A stretch of 64,000 nt of DNA, taken from NCBI RefSeq assembly GCF_006345805.1, contig NC_042997.1, forward strand, positions 49,600,001-49,664,000, read 5' to 3'. Under the pieces are notes generated by a model. It had not been told where the DNA came from. It worked only from the letters and a program-made list of their open reading frames with translations, and searched no databases. Shown here in pieces: positions 24,355 to 36,134 of the stretch. The stretch's first letter is position 1; every line of letters begins with the position of its first letter. This stretch comes from Octopus sinensis (taxonomy: Eukaryota). The position numbers and the translations under genes were made by a program.

Positions 24355-25678
24355 AAAACCCTGAATTATGTTTTCTTCTATTTCATATTTTTGTTGTTTA
24401 GCTTTTCATTTTTATCTGCAAAAAAATAAATAAAGACAATAAATAAAACATGAAAAATGAAACCAAAACGAAAAAGTATTTTGTGATCTTTCACAAAACT
24501 TTCTTTCAACACCACAAAACCACTTTACTTAAACTGATGTGTTAGTCATATTTCCGTTAAATAATTTTTTGGCATGTTTTCTTGTACTGTTACAATTAGT
24601 GTTGTTGTAGTTATTGTTATTGTCGTTGTTGCTTTCTTTTTGTACTAAAACCCTTTTATAAACGCTGTGTGTTTTAGTTCTTTGCATATAGGAAATATGG
24701 GAGGGCAACTGAGAATGACATCCACTTGTTTTCTCAAATGTATTATTGAAGAAATTGATGTGAAATATCTTCATATGAAAGTGATACCCAGTTGTGAACT
24801 GACTCCTTCTTCTTAAATGTCTCTCTATTATGAGACGTTTGTTTGGTTTAGGATTAATATTCATTTCTTAATTTTAACATAACACGGCACATTTTTAAGA
24901 GTCAATCATACTGCTTGTTTTATGGGTTGTGCGTGTGTGTATGAAAGGCAAAGTTAATCTCAATAGGATTTCATCTCAGTACGAAATGATATGAATCGAA
25001 ATGCTGTTATATATTCAGTTAGCGCTCTAACATACCCTAACGGCATTTGAGGAACCCTAACCTGTTGTGGCGACGAGGATTTCGTAGATCACACGGCCAC
25101 TATGCAGTATTGCGATTTAACATAACCACACAGATCGTTTAAAGAAAATGTGTATTTACTATTGAGTTGATTCCCCTGTAATACTAACATTTATTTCTAA
25201 CAATCTGGTGGAATGAAAATGAAGATAGATTTAGTGAGAAATAAACTTAGAATGTAAGAGAGCAGAATTAAATAATCTTCGGTTTCAGTTCCCTCACTGA
25301 CATGTGTTTTTTAATAATGATATCTTACACATGTATATAACATTAAGTATATGGAATGGATCAAGTGAAATTCTGTAATTTTAATAGAGTTGTACTTAAC
25401 TTCCAAATACCATTTCTCACCCAACAAAAAGTATATATGAAATTTTTGCCCCCCTCTTTATTAATGAGAAGATAAACTGAGTTTATATTTGTGTAATTCT
25501 TTCTCCTTCATCATAGTGTTTGACATGTTTAAAACATTTGAAGCCTTATTAATTTTGTTTATCATGAAAATTTGCTTGTCCTTTTCCAATCACTACAGAC
25601 CTCTATGAAAAGCATCCTTATAATCTATTTCATGAAGGCTGCAATTAATTAAGTGAAGTGAAATGTTTGCAAACGGAA

Positions 25679-26022
25679 ATTTGAACGGAGCAATGTGCAC
25701 GGACGAAGTCATACCACTTATAAGTTTAGTCATACATTCCTTTCAAACTTATACTTAAATTGAGACCTTCAATGTTTAGTCTGTATTAAGCAGCAATCTG
25801 GCAGAATCTTTAGAACGCCGGGCTTACGTTTTGAGTTCAAATTCAGCCGAGGTCGACTTTGCCTTTCATCTTTTCAAGGTCGATAAAATAAGCACAAGTT
25901 GAGCACCAGGATCGATGTAATTTACTTACTCCCTCCCCCCGAAATTGCTGGCCTTGTGCCAAAATTTGAAACCAATATTTAATCTCTATGGATTTAAAAA
26001 TATTTTTGAAATACTCATTGAA
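25679..26022 (+). repeat. Left arm of inverted duplication (contains a family A SINE)
   Basis: Reverse-complement match to 28349-28715, including non-SINE flanks on both sides. Confidence 0.92.
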
Positions 26023-26955
26023 CGTTTAGCAGTAACATTTTGCTTGTTTTTTGAATAGAGAAAATAATTTCTATGAGTTATAAATATCATTATAATATTG
26101 AATGCATATGCTTGTACATATGAATGTTAATATGTTTGTATGTATTAAGGTCGTCTGTATGTATGATCGTATGCTATTAGAAAAATAGTGTCAAGTTGAA
26201 AGTAGACTAAACATACATTATAAATACCCCAACTGGTTTTGTTTTCTTCAACCATCGCAGTATCACTCGGAAAATAAAAGCAAAGACTTAAGGATATTGC
26301 GGAATGAAATTCACACTAGTTTAAACATTTATGAAAAAAGGATGTGATCGATCGAATAATCGCTGTACATAACTGGTAATTATGTTATTGAATTGTAAGG
26401 AGGAGAAACAATACCAAATCTTATGGGGTTTACTCTTAAAACGTAATTCTTCATAGCCTTTACTACGATAGTCTAGCAATTTCTGAACTTCCATTGATTT
26501 ATGAGAATCAGAAATGTCAATGCTGTAAGACCATTACAAATTGTCTGCATGGGAAAACAATGCCATCTTCAAAAGTCACAAGTTTAAAATTACCCACTGT
26601 GACTTTTATTTATTAATTTATTAACTCTATTTATTTATTTGTCTATTTATTTATAGTCTCAAGAGAATGAAAATCTGCTTCTTTCACTGTAAAATACTGA
26701 AGTAAAATGACCGAGTAAATTATGTTGCTGGAGAACAATTTTTTTGTCTACATCCCGTGTTCTGTGCTTTGCAGTGTTCACAAATCCGTCTTTGTACGGC
26801 TCCTGTAGCATATGCGATTTCATATGAGAAGAGGGTTGCTAACCCTTCATTCGACTCTTCTCCATTTCTGGATAAAATGGAGTTGTGTGTGGTTCTCTGT
26901 ACCCTTGTCACAACGCAATATAGCTGAGCGAGGAAAGAAGAAGAAGAAGAAGAAG

Positions 26956-26986
<31 letters not shown>

Positions 26987-27194
26987 CCAGTTACAATAAT
27001 AATCTACCTCAGTACCTGAATGGTATTTTATTTATCGACCTCAGGGAAAACGAGGAGCCAAGTATATCTTAGTGGGATTTAAACTCAGAGTGTAGACGAA
27101 CCGGAACAAATAACGGTAGGTATTGTATCCTACCTTTCAGCTACTCTGCCATTCGTCTCATTTATTGTACAAGCTCATACGTCTTATGTATATA

Positions 27195-27225
<31 letters not shown>

Positions 27226-27226
27226 A

Positions 27227-27261
<35 letters not shown>

Positions 27262-28348
27262 CCTCTCTTGTTTTATATATGCAGTTTGATAAATTACACA
27301 AACATCAACTCGACTAGTGAATAAAATCCACTAAAATCTAAAAGTCACATTTGTCGCTCGTTCACTTAACACTATAAAAAAATGGACTTCAATGATAGTT
27401 TTCTCTGTCTGTCTTTCTGTCTATTGGTCTGTCTGTCTGTCTGTCTCTCCCACTCCAAATACTTTGAATGAAGAGATATTTTGTTTTGTAGCGTGAAGAA
27501 TATGGAATATCAGACGAGATTAATGCAGTCATCATTCAAATACTGTAAGTAATCGTTGATGAGGGTGTATGAATAAAGGATTTTATTCTCCTTTAGTCAG
27601 ATAGAAAGGCAGAGTTCACAACCCATCACCGAAGTCTTATAATAGTGGGAAGGAGGAAGGTAGGACGACATATTGTTGATTGTTGTTGGTCTTATGCCAG
27701 ATCAGCTCTCGTCGAACAGACCTAAAAGTTGAAAAATGTTCCAATCGTGACCATCCCATCTCTTTGTAGATCAAGCACTACATCGTCCAATCTACCCCTT
27801 TTGAAAGCAGGAAACTGCAATTAGCATAAATAATAAAATATAAAACGAAAAGATAAAAAGTGCAAAAACGGATGAAGTAATTAGTTCAGACGCATATTCT
27901 TGTGAAAATAGTGGAGAAACAGATTCCAAAAGAGACAAAACATTGGCTGAGAAACTGACACCGATTTCAATTACATTTTACGGCAGCATTCGGTATATTT
28001 AATGTAAGCACAGCTGTTAAGTTACTGGCAAACAAAGACTTCTTTGCGAGTTCATTTAGTTTAGATATTTCACTTTACTTACATAATGTACATGAAATTT
28101 CGGGTCGTAGGTTGTTGTTATTGTTTAACCATCGGTTATCCCTGATAAGGTAGAACTATCATTAATAGTGCTGAGGTCGTGACCATCCCATCTTCCGTTT
28201 CGCTTTTCATATGACGTGTATACTGAGATTAACTCTATCTAATATTCATTTTAAGAGTGTAGGGAGATTTGATTGTTACTCATAGCATGCTTGGCAATCA
28301 TCTGGAGATTTTCATATTTAAAAAAAAAGCAAAACGATTCAATGAGGA

Positions 28349-28715
28349 TTCAATGAGTATTTCAAAAATATTTTAAAATCCATACAGATTAAATATTGGT
28401 TTCAAATTTTGGCACGAGGCCAGCAAGTTCGGGGGGGAGGGGAGTAAGTAAATTACATCGATCCCAGTGTTCAACTGGTACTTATTTTATCGACCCCGAA
28501 AGGATGAAAGGCAAAGTCGATCTCAGCTGAATTTGAACTCAAAACGTAATGACGGACGAAATGCCGCTAAGCTCGGCGTTCTAAAGATTCTGCCAGATTG
28601 CTGCCTTATACATACTAAACATTGAATGTCTCAATTTAAGTATAAGTTTGAAAGGAATGTATGACTAACCTTAAAAGTGGTATGACTTCATCCGTGCACA
28701 TTGCTCCGTTCAAAT
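28349..28715 (-). repeat. Right arm of inverted duplication
   Basis: Reverse-complement match to 25679-26022. Confidence 0.92.
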
Positions 28716-28719
28716 AGAT

Positions 28720-29546
28720 AGAATTACGAAATATCCAGTTAATCTAGTCGTAGATTAACTGCTTGATGAGTGATGACTCTCATCAGGCTGACATACTCAG
28801 TAATGCACATTAAGGAGGTGATGACTTCATTGTTGAGGGAGTATGTGGAACAATTCAGTAATTGTTGGTTTATAGCTTGTATGAATACTAAGAACTTGCT
28901 GTAATGTGCATTGCCTTCATAATGTACTCAAACTTGACGGTTTTGTCTTGTCGTACGTAACTGACTTGACTGGATTATTTCTTTCTTTGTTTCTTCTGGA
29001 GGAAACGGATTTCACTGCTCAAAAGTTTCATATTTTACTTACGCTTTCTACTCGGAGAGCTCGGATGCTGTGGCAAATGATGTGCAAAAAGGCGTTAAAG
29101 CTATGGCAACTACAGTTTAAGAGCGGTTGCCTTTTGATAACATACGTTCTTCCTTGTGTCACAGCTTCGATAATAAAGACTGCGTGTACTCACTCCATCC
29201 CATGCAGCTGTGGTAGGTTAAACAAAGGCGAAACATGCCGCCCTCTCAAAATAAAGGTAGACGAACATCACAAAGCTGTGACACGAGGAGATATTGATAA
29301 ATCGGGTATAGCTGATCTTATATGGAAACTAAAAGAAGCAGCACATATCCTAGGACACAACAACCTCCTAAGCAGACCGAGTGCAGATATGAGTAGCATA
29401 TGGAAACCAGTATTAAGGAAGAATAATAAAATGTTAGATTTATAAGCCCTAAATTTCACTCCATAATTGCCCACGGGCATATGGCGTAGTAGTTAAGAGC
29501 GAGGGCTACTAACCCCAATATTCCGAGTATTATTATTACTCAGTGA

Positions 29547-29577
<31 letters not shown>

Positions 29578-29790
29578 TATAATAATAATAATAATAATAA
29601 TAATAATTATAATAATAATAATAATAATAATAACATGGAAAAATACCTTTGGAATGAGAACTCAGGTTCGAAGTTTCCCCAAGATGGTACATAAACCGAA
29701 ACGTTGTGTTATCAACAAACAAGATGTGGACAAATATCCGTCAAATATAAATATTGTACATAATTCCTCATCTCTTAAATATAGAACTAT
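28720..29790 (+). mobile_element. Internally deleted Penelope-like retroelement
   Basis: GIY-YIG endonuclease remnant at about 29165-29445 (HSIPCSCGRLNKGETCRPLKIKVDEH...KSGIAD.IW..KLKEAAHI...SSIWKPVL). Interrupted by a SINE head and (TAA)n, ends at (TA)n. Confidence 0.8.
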
Positions 29791-29821
29791 ATATATATAT
29801 ATATTATATATATATATATAT

Positions 29822-30028
29822 AATTTAAACAATCAGACAATGGAGACAACTTTTGATCAACAAATACACAGAATTGGACCACATCTGTGGATTACTTTTT
29901 AACAACATTTCTATGATATTAAATGTTATGTTATAGAAATGTTTCGTATTAAAAAATAATCAACCGATGTTGGTCAATTTGTTTATTTGTTGATCAAAAC
30001 TTTTCTACATTTTCTGATAATTTAAATT
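29822..30028. repeat. Imperfect ~205-bp foldback (palindromic MITE-like)
   Basis: AATTTAAA..ATCAGA...TTTTGATCAACAAATA matches the reverse complement of 29950-30028. Inner arms ACATTTCTATGA / TTATAGAAATGT. Confidence 0.8.
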
Positions 30029-30217
30029 TGATTCCTGATAAACTTTTATTTATTTTGTTGTTACCTGCACCATACGAGCATAGTGTGCTTGACTACCTAT
30101 GCCCATGGTTAGTACAGGTAACTGATACCGATAGTAAATAGGGATTTTTTAAATCCCTTAGTCGGTTACTACAACCGCTAACTCTACTTACCTTACATAT
30201 ATATATATATATATATA

Positions 30218-30337
30218 TAGAAGAGCGTAGGCTCGAAACGTAAAATACTTTTTCTATTCCTGAGCGCTATACTAATACAGCTGTTTGTTTTGTACACCAC
30301 CTGTCTTCGTCTTTTGTTTTTTTCGTAAACTTTCCCG
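30218..30337 (+). repeat. Repeat family D, truncated copy between (TA)n runs
   Basis: Matches 17688-17806. Confidence 0.85.
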
Positions 30338-30601
30338 ATATATATATATATTATATATATATATATATAATATGTACATGAACGTGTGTGTGTTTGCGTG
30401 CGCATGCTTGTGTGTAAATCTGGTCGGTACTGATTGTTTTTCTTCCTTATGTCAGTTAAAATTCCCACATGATGAGGCATTTATTTGCGTATTGAAGTGA
30501 CTCATGTGTAAATGTGTAAGACATTGCGCAGCCTATATACACACCGAAACACCTGCAGCGGAATTGAACGCAAGATCCATGAGCTCGTTATCTAATACCA
30601 T

Positions 30602-30987
30602 ATGTATGTGCATGTATGTATGTATGTATGTATGTATGTATGTATGTATGTATGTATGTATGTATGTATGTTGTATGTATGTATGTATGTATGTATGTAT
30701 GTATGTATGCATGTATGTATGTATATGTATGTATGTATGTAGTATGTATGTATGTATGTATGTATGTATGTGTATGTATGTATGTATGTATGTTGTATGT
30801 ATGTATGTATGTATGTATGTATGTATGTATGTATGTATGTATGTATGTATGTATGTATGTATGTATGTATGTATGTATGTATGTATGTATGTATGTACGT
30901 ATGTATGTATGTATGTATGCATGTATGTATGTATGTATGTATGTATGTATGTATGTATGTATGTATGCATGTATGTATGTATGTATC
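30602..30987. repeat. Long (TATG)n microsatellite
   Basis: Seen directly; source of the MYVC/HTYI ORFs. Confidence 0.97.
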
Positions 30988-32292
30988 CGATACCAAATTC
31001 AGTATCATATATATGTATACAAATACACGTGATAGCAATCCACCGTGTCTGGGAACCTGTATCACGTGCCGGTGAATTTCTTTCCTATATTGAGTTTAAC
31101 ACGGAATATATTGTTGCACATAAACGTCTGGCTTTTAGTGTGATCCGAAGTCCGGATTGAATGTTAAGGCAGACCGTGTCAGTTGGTGTAAAGTAGTCTG
31201 GCGTTGAACCAGAGAGTAACTTTGTACAATCTGAGGCCAGTCGATGAATCAAGCCAACTGAAACAACGAAAAAATCTAGTAACAGTTTCAAGCGAGTGAT
31301 TTATATTGAGCTGTTTATCCTACACTTTACCCACTTAGCCGTTTCACAAACACACACACACACATAAGCACACACACACACACACACACATAAATACACA
31401 CACACACACACATGCAAGCAAACACATATGTACATACGTATACGTGATCTGTGAAGTCTCTACGTACATCTCCCAACAATGAACGTTCGTCCCAATGGGG
31501 GAACCTCTTTGCTGCCCTTCGACTTGCTGGAAATAGGAACCAAATCTGCATGAAGTTTTACTCTACTCTCTTAAACATGACTGAATATATAGAATAAATA
31601 CTGTAATATGATAGCAAGACAAAAAGATGAAATGGGTATGTTTGGAACATCTACAGCATTGGTTAATTTATCAATCAAATCTAGTATTATTTTTTCCAAA
31701 CATTTTATTTATATTTCGTTAATATATATCTAGTATGATATTTCACGTTAATAGCATTGCATTTATGGCATATAACGTAAGAAACAACGTCACACTCAAG
31801 GCTCAAGCAAAATATTTGTTTTCTTTTTCTTCTGTTAGTAACGTTGCATGTCGTCTGCGCTTTCCATTTCGTCGCGTGATAGGATATATCGTCATGGCAT
31901 ACTCTTAATTGAATAGTGACGGTTATTTATTAAGAATCACATTTTTTTCTAAAAATAAGAGTTTTTCATTTTGGACCCGAAAAAACAGGAAAATATCGGC
32001 AATATAAAAAAACGTAGGCGTCTTATTCATTCGGATATGTATTTTCGTTAATTTATTTTTTAATATTTCATGAAGTAGCCGAAAATACAGAGTAATTGGC
32101 AATATGTTACCCATACCCTTCAGTATGTGCCTGATAGTTATTGTTTAAACAGAAGAAAAAATATTTAGATATATTTATTTGGTTTTAAATTTTGCTAGAT
32201 ATGAAATTTGCACTAAATATTCACACAAACATGACTATTGTCTGACGAATCGAATTTACATAAATATTCACTTCATCTCTCTCTCTCTCTTT

Positions 32293-32337
<45 letters not shown>

Positions 32338-32819
32338 ATGTCTATTTATAGCCATGACTATCCTTTATTTTTTCTCCCCCTCGTCTGCATCTTCCTGTGA
32401 CCTTTCTTTCTCTGTTGCATTTATCCCACACTTCTTTCTTTTCCTTTCTCTCTCCTCTCAATTGGGAGGATTGTGTGTTTTCTATCTCCATTTTTTTACC
32501 CTCTCTTGTTGTAACGCCCATCTCCTTTCCATCTCATTCATTTTATTTAAAATATATTATGTTTCATTATATGTCACAGCACACATTTCAAACAATCTTT
32601 TTCGTGTATGTAAATACAATTAGTGTTGCTGGTTGCTGTTAATATTGTTATCGTCAACTAGACTATAACCATTTTCCTTCTACTTAGAATAACTGCAGAT
32701 CCAATACAGCTAAGTTGTGTGCTCTGCCATTAAGATATCCTTGTAACGATATTGTTAAACATACACGTTATATATATATATGCCACGAAGTTAAAAAGTG
32801 AGCATTGACGCGTTAATTC

Positions 32820-32906
32820 GTGCTACATATGTTTCAGTAACAAAGCATTTTTATTGATTATATCAATATTACGCCACAGGAAACACCCGCCACGTCTTCA
32901 GGGTAC
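32820..32906 (-). ncRNA. Decayed hammerhead motif
   Basis: Minus strand reads CTGAAGA CGTGGC...GTTACT GAAA CATATG TA GCAC. Stem I and the base of stem II are mismatched. Confidence 0.5.
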
Positions 32907-32979
32907 TTAACTCTTTACGTAAGAGAAATCCATTGCGCTTACATTGATTCCAGGTATGATCCTAACGAACTGGTCTACA

Positions 32980-33043
<64 letters not shown>

Positions 33044-33089
33044 ATCTGTCTGTCTGTCTGTCGTCTGTCTGTCTGTCTGCCTGCCTGCC

Positions 33090-33129
<40 letters not shown>

Positions 33130-35293
33130 AATCTATCTATCTGTTTACACACACTAAGTTACACATAGACACAGATACCCAGACACACACACACACACAA
33201 ATATGTGAAAGTGTATATATATATATATATATATATGTCTGTGTGTGTGTGTCTTTATGCATGCATACATTCACACAGATTGAAAGAGAAAGATAATTAG
33301 AGAGGGAATGAGAAAGAAAGAGACAGAAGAGAGTTCATTAACAAAATTGAGTATTCTAGAGATAAAGTAAATGGCTTTGAAAGACCTTACACCAAATGTA
33401 AGTAATTTGTTGAACGTAATTAATCGGATCATCTTACGACACCTGCTAACATTTGACACCACTTTTTACTGAAAGCAACGGGGTTCCCCTAGTTTCTCTC
33501 GTTGTTTTCAGTAAAAGTGGCGTGAAATGGCTGCCCTGATTCTCTAGAGATAGGAGCCAAATATTCCTCAAATTACAATCCACCGTCAAAAATTTTTAAA
33601 TAATCTAGACAATTTGTTTTTGTTTTTTTAATACGAATATCTGAAAAAGAAGAAAAACAAACAAAAGCAAGTCAGTTTGGTTACGGCTGGAATACTTACT
33701 TGCCGGGTGGTCTTCATATTCAGAATTGACCTGGAGTTAAACGACGAAAACAGTGATTACCAGCTGTTATTGTTTATGAGTCTCTCTTCTAAAAGGGTGA
33801 GTTTGTCATTTATATGTGATAGTATGATACCATATCCTATTTTGACGCGGAAAATCTTCGGTAGAAAGAGCAGCCGCTCAGTTGCCAATTTGTATAGATG
33901 AAGATCCAAAGATCTGTGTATGAAAAGGAAAAGAACTGCGAAACGCAGATACGTTATCTTAAAAGCAGCCGAGTATTTGGTGGATTGTGTCTTGTTACAT
34001 ACATGTTGTGTACAAGAGCAAAAATTGTATCTGTCAACGTTTCCGTATACTATCTAACTCTGGGATGGCAGCATGGAGAGTATCAGTATTTTAGTGACTG
34101 TCAGCACAGCAATAGACTTTTACGGTAAGAAACATTGGAGTCTGTTGAGATTTTGATAAACAAGAAAGGCTAGTTGTCGTTACTACGAACGAGAAAACGT
34201 CGAAAAAGTTTTTCTTTTGTTTTTGGTGTAGTAGCTGATAAAGTGTTGTTAGTTGATTGCCGACTGCGGACTTCTAGCATCGGTCGTCTTCTGACTGTTC
34301 ATTGCCTTTGTGTCGTCAGCTGCTGTCCCCCGTCTCGGTTGATCAACTCCTAGTGTCTGCATGCCAAAGTTCTCTAATGTTCATGTCGCACTGAATTTAT
34401 ACTGGTCGATAGGATCAGAATGAAGAACACCAGAAAAAAAATTCCTTGATGGAGCCTTTCGACGCGAAGTCGTGATTGGTGGGAGTTTGTTGATCACATA
34501 GACAATATTCTAGTGAATCGTGATGGCGGGCGATTGCTGATTGTTCCCGCTACAGACTAATCGATGGGGAGATTTATTTCTTATCCATTAATGCTTCATA
34601 AGCTAAAGTTGGATACCTGATGATTCGGAAAGTATTTTCTCAACATTTAGGTATTTATCAGGTATTTTAAAGGCGGACGAGTGTATATGGATCTGAATTA
34701 GTAATATTCGTCATAGATAGTGATAAAATTAGCCACATGGTTCTGGGTTCGACTATGCTTGAGCAAGAGTATGTATGCATGTGTGTGTGTATCAGTGTGC
34801 AACTGTAGTATGGCTGAATGGTTAAGAAGTTCGCTTCTCAATCACGAAGTAACGGGTTCAATTTCACTGCTACAGCACGGCATCTTAAGTAAATGCCATT
34901 TTCTACACTTGAGTCGATCCACAGCATGTGAATGACGTCGGTGAATCGTAGATGTCATCGAAAAGATACAATCTTGTTGCATACGCTGAGCGACGTTTAT
35001 TCTGAATGGACATTGCGTTAAAGTTATACGTCTTCGTGGAATGCTCGACAACTAACACGATGATAATTCAAGAGCAGGTAATTCAGTTAATCTAACGAGT
35101 GAATCCTCATCGACGAACGACGATCTACCTCACACATGTAGACACACAGACACATACATACACACACACACACTCACACACTTATATGCATAGACATTTA
35201 CATGCATATATATAATAGATCAGGACTCGAGTGCATCAGGCACTTAAATGGTAAGGCACCCTTGGAATCTATTTGAATGCTGTGATTCGTGTA

Positions 35294-35376
35294 TTCCCCT
35301 GATGAAAACGATTTTTTCTAATGATGTAATTTTTCCATCAATCAATTAAAAAATCGTTGGAAACAGCTGTAGTGGA
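35294..35376 (+). ncRNA. Near-intact minimal hammerhead ribozyme
   Basis: TTCCC CTGATGA A AACGATTTTTT...AAAAAATCGTT G GAAA CAGCTG TA GTGGA. 11-bp stem II, palindromic stem III, imperfect stem I. Confidence 0.72.
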
Positions 35377-35561
35377 TTGACACATTATCCCTCTGTTGTT
35401 TACACACACACGCACATATACACACACATTACGTGATCACGTGTCGACCAGACTATCGGATGTTGTTAGACAACGCATGACACAATGCGCTTTGTATTAT
35501 TCTAGCTTTGAATGATGCTGGATAGTCGTGAGTGTGACACTCTAACCACTAAACTACGTGC

Positions 35562-35597
<36 letters not shown>

Positions 35598-35649
35598 TGT
35601 GTGTATAAAAGACATCGAATTGCACCTAAAAGACATCGATTGCACCTAG

Positions 35650-35925
35650 AAAGTTACCCTCCGAGGCACAAGTCCGGGCAAGGTTGTTTATGGAAGAACC
35701 ATGCATATCAGTCTCCCCTCTCCACACCACTGACGTTATCCAAGGGAAAGGCAAGGGCCGATACAGCTTGGCACCAGTGATGGCGCAACACATTTCTACA
35801 GCTGAGTAAACTGGAGTAACGTGAAATAAAGTGTCTTGCTCAAGAGCACAACACGCAGCCCGGTCCGGGAAAGGAACTCATTAACTCATTATCGTGAGCC
35901 CAGCGCTTTAAACACTGAGCCAGAT
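35650..35925 (-). mobile_element. tRNA-headed SINE with a family C-related head
   Basis: Reverse complement gives TGGCTCAGTGTTT...CCCGGACCGGGCTGCGTGTTGTGCTCTTGAGCAAGACACTTTATTTCACG, similar to the 14958 copy. Confidence 0.7.
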
Positions 35926-36134
35926 AAATAGGTAGATAGATGCAATTACGAGCTTATGCACAGTTTTCGTACACCAAATTACACTTAATCCCAGATTATG
36001 ATAGAAGACACTTTCACCTAATGGTGGTTCTAAGCTGGAACCAGGTCGTTACGAAGCGGATTTGTAGCAATCCAGCCATCAAACCACCCAACCGTACATG
36101 CGCCCTGTGTTCCTAAGTATAGGAAGTATAAGAA

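Noticed and set aside
30504-31160. 218-aa MYVC-repeat ORF and similar ORFs at 8.0, 12.6, 17.8, 39.1, 47.5, 52.1, 54.7 and 60.0 kb
   Set aside because: These are translations of stop-free microsatellites.
34250-34460. Minus-strand ADDTK, a possible CR1/L2 RT relic
   Set aside because: Only one short motif is convincing.
34612-34668. CTGATGATTCGGAAA inside the inverted repeat TACCTGAT/ATCAGGTA
   Set aside because: No stem II or stem I.
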